A stretch of DNA of 64,000 bases from an uncultured Planctomycetales bacterium (GCA_964464475.1 CAYXGG010000005.1:33143-97142); one strand, 5' to 3'; shown: positions 44,735 through 54,649, counted from the stretch's first letter. Numbers and translations: made by a program. Notes: a model not told the origin generated them from the letters alone.

Positions 44735-45844
44735 ATGCCCCAGTCTGCCGAAGCAAGAGAGTATCATCGAATTAAAAATATTCTCTTCTTCGTCGAACTG
44801 GGGCTGTTCTTTGTGGGTTTAGGATATTTCGCTGTCAGCGGTTGGTCAGCGTGGCTGTCGGATTTCGCAGCTCAACAGACTGAATCTATCTGGTGGCAGC
44901 GAAGCATCTACCTGACGCTTTTGGGGGCGCTACTTTTTTTAATCCCTTTGCCCTTGCATTGGTATTCCGGTTTCTTTTTAGAACATCAGTTTAAACTTTC
45001 CAATCAGACGTTCCTCAAATGGCTTATTGAACATGTTAAAAGTTCTTTACTGGGATTAATGCTGGCGTTTATCTGCACGCTGGGTTTATATTACCTGCTT
45101 GATCATGCGGGACCTTTTTGGTGGTGGTGGGCCGGGCTTTTTTGGTTGTTGTTAAATTTGGGTTTAGCGCGTATCATGCCCAGTATTATTGTGCCGCTTT
45201 TTTTCAAATATGCTCCGATCCAGGATGAAATGCTCAAATCCGCCGTGATCAATATTTTTAAAAAGGCTCAAGTCGAGATACAGGACGCGTACCTCATTGA
45301 TTTTTCTAAGAAAACTAAGAAAGCTAACGCCTTTATCTGTGGATTGGGGAAAAGTCGTCGGGTGGTATTGACGGATAATTTAGTGGCAGAGTTTACGATC
45401 CCCGAAATTGAAACTGTGTTAGCGCACGAGTTGGGGCACTATAATCATCATGATATTGTGAAAATGACGTTGCTGCAGGCAGGGCTGACGTGGGGAGGAC
45501 TTTATGTGCTTAGTCTGTTGGCCTCAAGTTTGCTTCCTTGGGTTGGGGTTCAATCGTTAGCTGATATCGCTGGGCTGCCGGTGGTGATGTTGCTTTTTAT
45601 GGTTTTTAGTTTGCTGACGATGCCGATTACTAACGGATTTAGTCGTGCTTGTGAAGTTGCAGCGGATCGATACAGTTTGGAGTTAACCGGTCGCCCGCAA
45701 GATTTCTTGTCGATGATGGATAAACTGGGAGCCAAGAACCTCGCTGAGTTTGATCCGCATCCGCTTAAAGAGTTTTTATTTTATAGTCATCCGTCGCTCG
45801 CTAAACGATTGGCCTTCGCGCGGCAGTTTATGCAAAAGAGGTAA
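44735..45844 (+). CDS. M48-family zinc metallopeptidase (HtpX/Ste24-like), membrane-bound
   Basis: HExxH in VLAHELGHYNHHD. Multiple TM helices. Confidence 0.7.
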   Translation: MPQSAEAREYHRIKNILFFVELGLFFVGLGYFAVSGWSAWLSDFAAQQTESIWWQRSIYLTLLGALLFLIPLPLHWYSGFFLEHQFKLSNQTFLKWLIEHVKSSLLGLMLAFICTLGLYYLLDHAGPFWWWWAGLFWLLLNLGLARIMPSIIVPLFFKYAPIQDEMLKSAVINIFKKAQVEIQDAYLIDFSKKTKKANAFICGLGKSRRVVLTDNLVAEFTIPEIETVLAHELGHYNHHDIVKMTLLQAGLTWGGLYVLSLLASSLLPWVGVQSLADIAGLPVVMLLFMVFSLLTMPITNGFSRACEVAADRYSLELTGRPQDFLSMMDKLGAKNLAEFDPHPLKEFLFYSHPSLAKRLAFARQFMQKR

Positions 45845-45942
45845 ATAGTACAAAATTGCGGCGACAGACTGAAGAACGAATATTATGATGAAGGTCTTCA
45901 ATTTGTTCAGTCGTGTCGCTATGTTCAATCCATGAGGCAATC

Positions 45943-48774
45943 ATGAAAAAAACATGTTGGTGGTTTTTGTTCCTACTGCTGGTGAATTTTTATCGCGTCG
46001 TTCCCGCGATCGCCGCGGATGTCTTCTCCCATTACCGGATTAACGCGACGTTGGATACTTCTGGGAAAATGCTGACGGGTTACCAAAAAGTAACACTGGT
46101 CAATACGTCGGGTAATGCGATAAGCGAGGTCTATTTTTACATTTATCCCAATCGGGAATATTCCCCTCAAGAAAAGCGTTTTATGCTGCGCTACGGCGGC
46201 TATTTTAAAGTCAATCCTTTCCCGGCCGGCTATCAGAAGCCTGATTATGAAATTGCGAATGTTAAAGCTGGTGGTCAAGCGGCGGCGTTCAGCATTGAAG
46301 GCGAAGACAAAACCTTACTCAAAATTAATTTAGCAAAGCCGTTAAGCCCGGACGAATCCATAGAGATGGAGATGAATTTCTCGGCTAAGATTCCGCACGC
46401 GTATGGACGTTTTGGCTGGCACGATGACATTTTCGCGCTGGCTCGGTGGTATCCACTTTTGGCGGTACTAGATGAGCAGGGGTGGCAGTTAAATCCGTAT
46501 TATCCTTTTCACCGTCCGTTTTTTTCGGAAGCGGCTCATTATGACGTGACGTTGACGGTTCCCCAGCAGGTGACGGTCATTCATTCCGGTTTGGAAAAAT
46601 CGGTGACGTCGGTGGGGGGAGAGGCAAAAGAAATCGTCATGTCCTCCGAACAACCCATTCGCGAGTTTACGCTCGCGGCGAGTTCGCGCTATCAGGTCAA
46701 AGAATCCCAAGGGGAGGAAGTTAAGCTTAAAGCGTACTATCTGCCCGGTGATGAGCGGCACGCGCAGCTGGCGCTGGATAACGCGCGAGGAATGATGGCG
46801 TATTACGTGGAGCTTTTTGGTGGTTATCCTTATCGGGAGTTTAGTATCGCTCCGGTTCATTTGGGGTATGGCGGCGAACAAATGCCCAACTTGATTTTTA
46901 TCGACGCGCGGGCCTTTCGGCTGCCGGGGATCTTGGACCGCTATTTTGATTTTCTCATTAGTCATGAAACCGGACATCAGTGGTTTTACAACCTCGTGGG
47001 GGTTGACGCTTTCACGGAAATGTGGCTCGAGGAAGGTGTCAACTCGTATTTCCTGTTGCAGTATCTTGAGAAGAAATATGGAAAGAACGAAGGCATCATT
47101 GATTGGCCTAAGAAAATGGAATGGCTGTTGCCTAACTTTTCTTTTCGATCGGCACGCGCGACGCGTTATCACCTCATCGCGCGCACCAACCTGGATCGTC
47201 CTATCTCCGGCAAGCTCTCCAGCTTTCAAGAACCCAGCAGTATTTTTTCGTTAACCTATGGCAAAGGCGCGGGCATTACCGACATGTTGCGGTATCTTTT
47301 AGGAGATGAAGCTTTCTTTAATGTGTTCAAAAGACTTTTTAAGGAGTATCAATTTAAGAATGTGACGCGCGCTGATTTGCTCCGGCTCTGTAACGAAGAA
47401 ATGAAACAGGATTACACGTGGTTTTTTGATCAATGGTTGGATACAAATAAGAAAGCTGATTTTGCTGTGGCGGGAGTCAGGGATAATGAGATTTTCTTGG
47501 TTAACAAAGGCGGTGTAGAAATGCCCCGCGATTTGAAAGTAACGTTTAAAGACGGCAAACAAAAAACCATGCGGGTCGAACGCTGGAACGAAAAGTCTGA
47601 AGCTCTGGAGATGGAAAGTTTCTATGGCGGCATCAAGGAAGTTGTGTTGGATCCTGATGAACGGATTTTGGATATTGACCGGACTAATAATGTCTGGCCC
47701 CGACGCGTGAACAAACAAATTGTCCCGCTGTATTTGCCGGTGTATGAAATCCCGGTTTTTATTCCGGAAGACGCGTATAGCTGGATCACCGGGCCGGAGT
47801 TGGCTAATGGGGGGTTGGGTGTTAAATCATCATTCCAAAAGCCCTACGATTGGAATTTGTACGGCGCGGTGGATTATGAATTCGGAGAATCTTTGACGCA
47901 TTCGCGGGCGGGTTTCTTATGGAAGAATTTATTTAAAACGCAGACGGCGGCGGGGGTGGAATTGTTTCATGTCACGGATAATGACGGTGGCGAAGAGGAT
48001 TTGGCCGGGGGTAAATTATTTTTGCGCAGGGAATTGTGGCCGGCGGCGTATGGACTCGGCGATATTAATGATCATGTCACGTTGTATTTATTGCGGGATC
48101 GCAGCCTCAGCGGTGATTTAACCGGGGGCGGCTTAGAAGATTCCCGCAATGTTTCGTATCTGAAAAAAGATGAAGCGATCGTGGGGACGGCCTTACATTT
48201 AAGCAACAACGGTCCTTATCCGGATCCGGTCGAGGGGTATCAGCTGGATGCTTTGCTGGAAAGCTCCGGTCATTTTCTCGGGGCGACACAGTATTTTTAC
48301 CGTTCGTCGCTGGACGGCAGCCATTATCAGCCGGTGACGCCACGTACCCGATTGGCTTTTCGAGGCAAATACGGTTGGGGCTTTCCCGACGATAAAAATT
48401 TGTATGAACTCGGCGGGATGAACGGCTTGCGGGGGTTTGACCGAAAAACAATTCGCGGCGCAAACATTTGGCTCGGCAGTGTTGAATATCGCTTTCCGAT
48501 CATTGAGGATATTAAAGTGGGACGCCGGTTCGGGGTTAGTCATTGGCTGGATTTGGAATCCATTAGTGGTGTTGCGTTTTTTGATGGGGGGACAGCCTGG
48601 CGTGAAGACTATGAGGACGCCAAATTTCGGCGAGACGCGGGTTTTGGTTTACGAGCTAAAGTAAACGTTGGCTCACTTTTGGAAAATGCCTTGTTGCGTT
48701 TGGATGTGGCGGAAGCGATTGGGGATGGGGAGCGCGATCCCCACGTGTGGTTTGGCGTAAACCAAGCCTTCTGA
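45943..48774 (+). CDS. Secreted M1-family (gluzincin) metallopeptidase domain fused to a C-terminal outer-membrane beta-barrel-like domain
   Basis: Signal peptide MKKTCWWFLFLLLVNFYRVVPAIAADV. HExxH...E in LISHETGHQWFYN...MWLEEGVNSYF. The C-terminal roughly 300 aa have alternating-hydrophobic beta-strand character and end ...WFGVNQAF with a terminal aromatic. Confidence 0.6.
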   Translation: MKKTCWWFLFLLLVNFYRVVPAIAADVFSHYRINATLDTSGKMLTGYQKVTLVNTSGNAISEVYFYIYPNREYSPQEKRFMLRYGGYFKVNPFPAGYQKPDYEIANVKAGGQAAAFSIEGEDKTLLKINLAKPLSPDESIEMEMNFSAKIPHAYGRFGWHDDIFALARWYPLLAVLDEQGWQLNPYYPFHRPFFSEAAHYDVTLTVPQQVTVIHSGLEKSVTSVGGEAKEIVMSSEQPIREFTLAASSRYQVKESQGEEVKLKAYYLPGDERHAQLALDNARGMMAYYVELFGGYPYREFSIAPVHLGYGGEQMPNLIFIDARAFRLPGILDRYFDFLISHETGHQWFYNLVGVDAFTEMWLEEGVNSYFLLQYLEKKYGKNEGIIDWPKKMEWLLPNFSFRSARATRYHLIARTNLDRPISGKLSSFQEPSSIFSLTYGKGAGITDMLRYLLGDEAFFNVFKRLFKEYQFKNVTRADLLRLCNEEMKQDYTWFFDQWLDTNKKADFAVAGVRDNEIFLVNKGGVEMPRDLKVTFKDGKQKTMRVERWNEKSEALEMESFYGGIKEVVLDPDERILDIDRTNNVWPRRVNKQIVPLYLPVYEIPVFIPEDAYSWITGPELANGGLGVKSSFQKPYDWNLYGAVDYEFGESLTHSRAGFLWKNLFKTQTAAGVELFHVTDNDGGEEDLAGGKLFLRRELWPAAYGLGDINDHVTLYLLRDRSLSGDLTGGGLEDSRNVSYLKKDEAIVGTALHLSNNGPYPDPVEGYQLDALLESSGHFLGATQYFYRSSLDGSHYQPVTPRTRLAFRGKYGWGFPDDKNLYELGGMNGLRGFDRKTIRGANIWLGSVEYRFPIIEDIKVGRRFGVSHWLDLESISGVAFFDGGTAWREDYEDAKFRRDAGFGLRAKVNVGSLLENALLRLDVAEAIGDGERDPHVWFGVNQAF

Positions 48775-48777
48775 TGT

Positions 48778-48805
48778 TTGACAAATGTTAGACATGTGTT
48801 ACTAT
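48778..48805 (+). promoter_or_regulatory. Sigma70-like promoter of the phd-vapC toxin-antitoxin operon
   Basis: TTGACA at 48778-48783, 16-nt spacer, TACTAT at 48800-48805. GGAGG RBS at 48813. Confidence 0.55.
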
Positions 48806-48822
48806 TTTTGCGGAGGTGCCCT

Positions 48823-49050
48823 ATGATAAAAATAACTATGCGAGAATTCAGTCATCATATTTCAGAGTACGTTCAGCGTGCTGAACAGGGAGAAAAGGTC
48901 GTGATTACTAAACGCAATAAACCTAGTGTGCAATTATCTCATTATCGAGAGAATGCCTCATCTCCTTCCTGGAAGATGTCATTCGATCCTATCAAAATTA
49001 AAGGAGAACCTTTCTCGAAGACTCTGGCCAAGATGAGAAAAGATCGATGA
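48823..49050 (+). CDS. Phd/YefM-family type II antitoxin
   Basis: MIKITMREFSHHISEYVQRAEQGEKVVITKRNKPSVQL matches the Phd/YefM N-terminal fold. Overlaps the PIN gene by 4 nt. Confidence 0.65.
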   Translation: MIKITMREFSHHISEYVQRAEQGEKVVITKRNKPSVQLSHYRENASSPSWKMSFDPIKIKGEPFSKTLAKMRKDR

Positions 49051-49460
49051 CGTCTTTCATTGATACATCTAGTCTGATTAAAAGATATGTCTTAGAAGCT
49101 GGTTCTCAGAAATTCCTGCAGATACTAGTTGGCTTAAATAATATTATTGTCTCTCCCGTTACATTGATTGAGCTCCATTCTTGTTTTAGGCGGCGTCTGC
49201 GCGATGGGGATCTTTCCTTGGGCAATTATCAAAAAATAGAAAAGGAGCTGGAGCGCAATTTTCAGGATTTTTCTGTAGTTGCTTGTGACGATAATTTGAT
49301 AATGACTGCAGTTATTTTGCTTAAAAAATATAATTTGAGAACTTTAGATGCAATACAATTGGCCTCTGCGGTCGTTGTCGATGCTCCTGAATTTATTACT
49401 TCAGATCATAAATTAGCGCTAGCCGCGAAAAAAGAAATTAATAAGGTGCTAATAATTTAG
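49047..49460 (+). CDS. vapC: PIN-domain toxin (VapC family)
   Basis: SFIDTSSLIKRYV. ...TLDAIQLASAVVVDAPEFITSDHKL carries the PIN acidic residues. 137 aa. Confidence 0.65.
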   Translation: MTSFIDTSSLIKRYVLEAGSQKFLQILVGLNNIIVSPVTLIELHSCFRRRLRDGDLSLGNYQKIEKELERNFQDFSVVACDDNLIMTAVILLKKYNLRTLDAIQLASAVVVDAPEFITSDHKLALAAKKEINKVLII

Positions 49461-49892
49461 GTGATTCAATTTATGAAAACCCATCGTGAAGAATTATGGT
49501 TTAACCTTCCGACTCGTCGGGGGTTCGTCAATATTTCGGATCAGGTCCAAAAGGCCGTGACGAAAAGTGGTATTCAGGAAGGGCTGGTTTTGGTCAATGC
49601 CATGCATATCAGCGCGTCAGTTTTTATTAATGACGATGAATCCGGTTTGCATCAGGATTATGAGAAGTGGTTGGAAAAACTCGCGCCGCACGAACCGATC
49701 TCGCAGTACAAACACAATGATACAGGTGAAGATAATGCCGACGCGCATTTGAAACGTCAAATCATGGGGCGCGAAGTGGTGGTGGCCATCACGAAGGGGC
49801 AATTGGATTTTGGGCCTTGGGAACAGATATTTTATGGGGAATTTGACGGTCGAAGGAAAAAAAGAGTCCTGATGAAAATTATTGGTGAATAA
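49461..49892 (+). CDS. yjbQ: Secondary thiamine-phosphate synthase enzyme YjbQ (UPF0047)
   Basis: [10 protein letters not shown]...[36 protein letters not shown]...[28 protein letters not shown] is the YjbQ signature. Confidence 0.7.
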   Translation: MIQFMKTHREELWFNLPTRRGFVNISDQVQKAVTKSGIQEGLVLVNAMHISASVFINDDESGLHQDYEKWLEKLAPHEPISQYKHNDTGEDNADAHLKRQIMGREVVVAITKGQLDFGPWEQIFYGEFDGRRKKRVLMKIIGE

Positions 49893-50015
49893 GGCCGTGT
49901 CCTGCTTCGCCAAATTGCTTTTGCGCCTGCCTGCCGAAGGTAGGTTTGGCTTCGCAGGATCAATTCGGCCAAACAACTTACGTTACGATGCTCCGTAAGT
50001 TGTGGCCTCATTGAG

Positions 50016-50087
50016 GAACAGATTTTTTATGGTGAGTTTGATGGGAAGAGGAAGAAGAGAGTTCTTGTAAAAATAATTGGAGAATAA
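50016..50087 (+). repeat. Degenerate in-frame duplicate of the last 72 bp of yjbQ, including its stop codon
   Basis: 'gaacagattttttatggtgagtttgatgggaagaggaagaagagagttcttgtaaaaataattggagaataa' versus 49821-49892 'gaacagatattttatggggaatttgacggtcgaaggaaaaaaagagtcctgatgaaaattattggtgaataa'. Identity is about 80%. Confidence 0.8.
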
Positions 50088-50089
50088 TT

Positions 50090-50160
50090 TAGGTCACAAG
50101 TCACAAAGACACCAGACACAAAAAAGTTTATTTGTGTCGTGTGACTTGTGTCTGGTGACC
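50090..50160. promoter_or_regulatory. Second copy of the GTCACA/TGTGAC compound dyad element, upstream of the PfkB kinase gene
   Basis: 'ggtcacaagtcacaaagacaccagacacaaaaaagtttatttgtgtcgtgtgacttgtgtctggtgacc'. GGTCACCAGACACAAGTCACA pairs with its inverted partner. Related to 28067-28130. Confidence 0.5.
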
Positions 50161-50180
50161 AGCGTAGAAAGGAAATCGTT

Positions 50181-51083
50181 ATGAGTTTGTTGGTGCTAGG
50201 GACAGTTGCTTTAGATAATGTCAAGACCCCGCATGGTGCGCGACGGGATATGCTGGGGGGATCAGCGGCGCATTTTTCGATGAGCGCGCGGCTTTTTACT
50301 CATGTCAATCTGGTTGCGGTCATCGGTAAGGACTTTCCTCCGGAACACATCAAGTTTCTGAAAGCTAAAGGTGTTAATTTGACGTCGGTCCGGGTTGAGG
50401 AAGGTAAATCTTTTCGTTGGGATGGGGAGTATAAAAAAGAGGATTTAAATTCGGCATTAACACTGGCCACTGAACTGGGGGTTCTGGTGGGGTTCGCCCC
50501 ACAGGTTGCCGAGCATCAACGCGCGATTCCTAATGTTTTTTTAGCCAACATTGATCCGGATATTCAGATGGGTTTGTTGAATATGATGCGCAAACCGAAG
50601 TTCGTTGGTTTAGATAGTATGAATTTATGGATCAATCATAAAAAAGAATCATTGTTAAAGTTAATGAAGCGAGTGGACTTGTTTGTTGCAAACGATGGGG
50701 AAGCGCGTCTCCTGACGGGCGAACATAATCTGGTTCGAGCCGCGAAAGCCATGCGCAAGCTGGGGCCGCGTTTTATCGTGCTCAAAAAAGGAGAGCACGG
50801 CGTTTTGTTTTATAGTGACAAAGTCAAATTTGCGTTCCCGGCTTTCCCGGTGGATGAGGTCATTGACCCAACGGGCGCGGGCGATACTTTTGCCGGTGGG
50901 TTGATGGGATATTTAACCAGAGCTAATAAGTTTGATGCTAAGACCATCAAGCGTGCGGTTTTAATGGCGACTACGGTCGCGTCCTTTAACGTTCAGGGTT
51001 TTGGCATGGAGAAAACTTCCAAATTGACGATGCCGGTAGTGCTTAAAAGATTGAAAGAGTTGGAAGATTTTATCTCACTTTAA
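50181..51083 (+). CDS. PfkB-family carbohydrate/nucleoside kinase (ribokinase fold)
   Basis: DPTGAGDTFAGGLMGYL is the PfkB C-terminal signature. N-terminal Gly-rich LVLGTVALD. Start at 50181 follows an AGGAAA RBS. Confidence 0.7.
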   Translation: MSLLVLGTVALDNVKTPHGARRDMLGGSAAHFSMSARLFTHVNLVAVIGKDFPPEHIKFLKAKGVNLTSVRVEEGKSFRWDGEYKKEDLNSALTLATELGVLVGFAPQVAEHQRAIPNVFLANIDPDIQMGLLNMMRKPKFVGLDSMNLWINHKKESLLKLMKRVDLFVANDGEARLLTGEHNLVRAAKAMRKLGPRFIVLKKGEHGVLFYSDKVKFAFPAFPVDEVIDPTGAGDTFAGGLMGYLTRANKFDAKTIKRAVLMATTVASFNVQGFGMEKTSKLTMPVVLKRLKELEDFISL

Positions 51084-52084
51084 TGTCCATGAAGAAAAAT
51101 CAACAGTTTGAAAAGAATTTGTCCTTAGTGGCAGATTTGATCCGTCGCAGTCCACGGATTATTTTGGCTTGCCATATGAATCCGGATGGTGACGCTATCG
51201 GTTCGCTGTTGGCATTAGGTTTGGGGTTAAGAAAGATGCGTAAGTCGGTGGTCCTGCTGTGTCCGGATCCGGTGCCGGAACGCTATCGCACTTTACCGGG
51301 AGCGACGAGTGTTAAACAGGAGTATAAGGGGAAAGCCGATTTGGCCATCAGTGTTGATTGCGGCAGCTTGCAGCAGCTGGCTCGACTCGAAATGGCTTTC
51401 GGTCAATCAAAACGTATCATCGAGATTGATCATCATGAGTATCGGACGCGTTTCGGTGATTTGCAATTGATTAGCGATCAGGTTTCCTGTGTCGGGGAAA
51501 TAGTTTTGCAGCTGTTGCAGTCACTCAAGATTAAATTGGATGATCGTATCGGCGAGTGTTTGATGATCTCGACGCTCGTGGAGACTTCTTCTTTTAGTCG
51601 TCAGGAAGTCGGGCCGACGACGTTTGATTTTTGCTCGCGCTTGATGAAGCTGGGAATTGATTTTCAGAAAATTTCCGAACGTTATTATTGGCGCAAGCGG
51701 TTTTCTGCGGTTAAGCTTGCCGGGTTGTGTTTTACCCGGGTCACTTTAAGGGCGCATCGGCAACTTGTTTGGTCGATTGCTCGCGCGCGAGATTATCGAG
51801 AATGCCAAGCCCGCCAGGAGGACATCGATCACGTGGCGGATGAAATGATGATGATTGAAGGGGTCAAGGTGGCGTTGCTGTTTAGAGAAATTGACGGGAA
51901 TATGCTGAGAGTATCCTTACGATCTAAGGATCGTATCAACATCGGTTCGCTGGCGACGCTGTATGGCGGAGGCGGTCATCGGGACGTGGCGGGCTGCCGG
52001 ATTCATAATAATGATAAAACGCTGGAGCAGTTTATTGAACAGGCGAGTCAGCTTATTTATCGCAATCAAAAATACAAGGACTAA
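51083..52084 (+). CDS. nrnA: DHH/DHHA1-family phosphoesterase (NrnA-like oligoribonuclease / pAp phosphatase)
   Basis: ILACHMNPDGDAIGS. EIDHHEY. GGGHRDVAG is the DHHA1 GGGH motif. Confidence 0.7.
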   Translation: MSMKKNQQFEKNLSLVADLIRRSPRIILACHMNPDGDAIGSLLALGLGLRKMRKSVVLLCPDPVPERYRTLPGATSVKQEYKGKADLAISVDCGSLQQLARLEMAFGQSKRIIEIDHHEYRTRFGDLQLISDQVSCVGEIVLQLLQSLKIKLDDRIGECLMISTLVETSSFSRQEVGPTTFDFCSRLMKLGIDFQKISERYYWRKRFSAVKLAGLCFTRVTLRAHRQLVWSIARARDYRECQARQEDIDHVADEMMMIEGVKVALLFREIDGNMLRVSLRSKDRINIGSLATLYGGGGHRDVAGCRIHNNDKTLEQFIEQASQLIYRNQKYKD

Positions 52085-52086
52085 TC

Positions 52087-52365
52087 GTGCTGGATTTCTG
52101 GATTGAAAAGTTGGGCTTAGTGGCGGCCGTGGTGTTGCCTTTGTGGAATATTCCGTTGATCATCAGGATTATTCAGCGTGGTTCCTCCCAAGACATCAGC
52201 CTCTCGTGGGCTTTAGGCGTTTGGGTTTGTATTATTTTAATGGCGCCATCGGGGGTGAGATCAGCGGATTTAGTGTGGCGTACGTTTAATATTGTCAATC
52301 TCGTGCTGTTTACAGCCGTGATGGTCACGGTGGTTAAATATCGTAAAGGAACCAAACATGGTTAA
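52087..52365 (+). CDS. Small membrane protein (hypothetical)
   Basis: 92 aa with three hydrophobic helices. Lies between nrnA and era and overlaps the era start by 8 nt. Confidence 0.35.
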   Translation: MLDFWIEKLGLVAAVVLPLWNIPLIIRIIQRGSSQDISLSWALGVWVCIILMAPSGVRSADLVWRTFNIVNLVLFTAVMVTVVKYRKGTKHG

Positions 52366-53305
52366 AGAAAAGAAAGTTTTGCCAGTAAAGCCGACGGCTA
52401 GCGTTCTTCGTTCCGGGACCGTCGCTATCGTCGGACGACCGAACGTAGGAAAATCCACGTTGTTAAACCAAATTATTGGAGAGAAGGTCACGATCGTTTC
52501 GAAAGTCCCGCAAACGACGCGGCATTCGATTCGCGGTATTTACAGCGATGAACGCGGACAGATCGTCTTTATTGACACGCCGGGAATTTTGAAAGGCAAG
52601 GATCGCTTAGGTCGCATTCTCAACAGAAGTTCGCTGGATATGGTTGATCAAGTGGACTGTTTGATTCACTTGGTGGATTCCTCCGAACCCGTGGGGCTAG
52701 AAGAAAAGCACATTGTCGAGCAGCTGGTTAAAATAAAAGCGCCGGTCATTTTGGGGCTAAACAAAATTGACCTCAAGGGGAAATTCGTTGCTGAGTACAT
52801 TGTGCTTTGGGAAAAGGCATTGGGCAAGAAAATCAATGAAGTCACCTCGCCGGTGCTGTTACCTTTATCCGGAAAAAAAGGTAATAATGTTCCGGAATTG
52901 TTGGACATGCTTTTTAAATTTTTGCCGGCAGGAGAGCCGCTGTATCCTACGGATACGATTTCCGATATGCCTCAAAAGATGTTTGTCGCCGATATTATCC
53001 GTGAAAAGTTTTTGGAAGAATTGCGTCAAGAACTGCCTCATTCGGTCGCGGTGATCGTTGAAAAGATGGAACCCCGCAAGAATAAACTGCTCTATGTTTT
53101 GGCGGCTATTATTGTTGAAAGAGATTCACAAAAAGAAATTGTGATCGGTCGGGGTGGTGCTCTTTTGAAAAAAGTCGGAACGCTCGCTCGCCAGGAGTTG
53201 GAAAATATTATGGAGAAGCGAGTTTTTCTGGAGTTAAACGTTTTGCTTAAACGTAGCTGGCGCGAAGATCCGGAAATTTTGCACGAATTAGGCTATGAAA
53301 CATAA
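52358..53305 (+). CDS. era: GTPase Era
   Basis: G1 in VAIVGRPNVGKSTLLN. DTPG. NKID. C-terminal KH domain in VIGRGGALLKKVG. Confidence 0.85.
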   Translation: MVKEKKVLPVKPTASVLRSGTVAIVGRPNVGKSTLLNQIIGEKVTIVSKVPQTTRHSIRGIYSDERGQIVFIDTPGILKGKDRLGRILNRSSLDMVDQVDCLIHLVDSSEPVGLEEKHIVEQLVKIKAPVILGLNKIDLKGKFVAEYIVLWEKALGKKINEVTSPVLLPLSGKKGNNVPELLDMLFKFLPAGEPLYPTDTISDMPQKMFVADIIREKFLEELRQELPHSVAVIVEKMEPRKNKLLYVLAAIIVERDSQKEIVIGRGGALLKKVGTLARQELENIMEKRVFLELNVLLKRSWREDPEILHELGYET

Positions 53306-53954
53306 AGTGCTGACCGCGGCGTCGGCGCGGCGGTTAGACGAGTGGGCCATTAAGCGGATTGGCATTCCCTCGCTGGTGCTTATGGAAAATGCGGGCCGCG
53401 CGGTCACTCAAGAAATCTCTAAAAGAATTAAAACTTTTAGGTCTGCAACTGTTGTAATTGTGTGTGGACTGGGCAATAACGGCGCTGATGGGATGGTGGT
53501 GGCGCGACAAGTGTTAGCGGCCGGAGGTCAGCCGCGCATATATTTAGCGGGACGAACTGGAGCGCTTAAGTCCGAGGCGGCCATTCAGGCTCGAATTCTT
53601 AAGAATTTGCGGATCAAGATAGGTCATTGCTTAAAAGATAAAGAGAATTTTATTAAAGATTTAAATAAGGCGGATATTGTGGTGGATGCGCTGTTTGGCT
53701 GTGGTCTCAATCGTCCTCTGGGGGAAGAAGCGCAGACGGTCATTCAACTCATGAATCGCTCAAAGGGTTTTCGCCTTGCGGTGGATGTGCCCTCTGGGCT
53801 TGACGCGACAACGGGAAAAGTTTGGGGATGCGGTGTTAAAGCCGATATGACCGTGACTTTTACGGCTTACAAACGTGGATTGCTCCTGCGAGAGGGACCA
53901 CGCCTCGCCGGCAAGGTGATGGTGGCCGATATCGGAATTCCAAAAGTAAATTGA
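53295..53954 (+). CDS. nnrE: NAD(P)H-hydrate epimerase (YjeF N-terminal domain)
   Basis: LMENAGRAV...VVIVCGLGNNGADGMVVAR is the YjeF_N signature. Confidence 0.7.
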   Translation: MKHKVLTAASARRLDEWAIKRIGIPSLVLMENAGRAVTQEISKRIKTFRSATVVIVCGLGNNGADGMVVARQVLAAGGQPRIYLAGRTGALKSEAAIQARILKNLRIKIGHCLKDKENFIKDLNKADIVVDALFGCGLNRPLGEEAQTVIQLMNRSKGFRLAVDVPSGLDATTGKVWGCGVKADMTVTFTAYKRGLLLREGPRLAGKVMVADIGIPKVN

Positions 53955-53960
53955 AGCGCC

Positions 53961-54623
53961 ATGGCTGTAAATAAAATTGATATTGATAAGGTGGTCGCCG
54001 CGCTTAAGCTGGCCACGAAAAAATTACCAGACCCATCGGTCACGCTGGTGGGGAAAAAATGGAAAAGCCCGTTTCTCGTTTTAATTTCCTGCATCTTAAG
54101 TTTGCGCACCAAAGACGAAACGACACTTCCGGCATCGGAACGACTTTTTAAACTGGCGGACAATCCAGCGGCTATGCTTAAGTTAAGCGTGGCGCAAATA
54201 GAAAAAGCGATTTATCCGGTTGGGTTTTATCGCACCAAAGCGCGGAATATTTTATCTATCTGCGAAGATATCTTGCAACGTTTTGCCGGTCAGGTTCCTG
54301 ATGACATTGACCAGTTGCTGACGATGCGCGGGGTGGGACGTAAGACCGCTAATCTCGTCTTGACGGAAGGCTTTGGTAAATTGGGTGTGTGTGTGGACAC
54401 GCATGTGCATCGTATTTCAAACCGGTTGGGTTATGTGAAGACAAAAAATCCGGAAGAAACCGAATGGGCCTTAAGAAAAAAATTACCCCAAAAATATTGG
54501 ATTGAGTATAATGCTCTCCTTGTGTTGTGGGGCCAAAATATTTGTAAGCCGGTTTCGCCGTTATGTTCTAGTTGTCCGATTGATCGGATGTGCCCGAAGT
54601 TAACCGTTGGAGTACGTCGTTAA
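53961..54623 (+). CDS. nth: Endonuclease III (DNA glycosylase / AP lyase)
   Basis: HhH-GPD in LLTMRGVGRKTANLVL. [4Fe-4S] cluster in CKPVSPLCSSCPIDRMC. Confidence 0.8.
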   Translation: MAVNKIDIDKVVAALKLATKKLPDPSVTLVGKKWKSPFLVLISCILSLRTKDETTLPASERLFKLADNPAAMLKLSVAQIEKAIYPVGFYRTKARNILSICEDILQRFAGQVPDDIDQLLTMRGVGRKTANLVLTEGFGKLGVCVDTHVHRISNRLGYVKTKNPEETEWALRKKLPQKYWIEYNALLVLWGQNICKPVSPLCSSCPIDRMCPKLTVGVRR

Positions 54624-54649
54624 CCAAAAGTGTTGTTCGTGCAAATCTT

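Noticed and set aside
50148-50180. Upstream extension of the PfkB kinase ORF (MSGDQRRKEIV...)
   Set aside because: The extension overlaps the dyad element, and an AGGAAA RBS precedes the internal ATG at 50181, which begins the Gly-rich kinase N-terminus.
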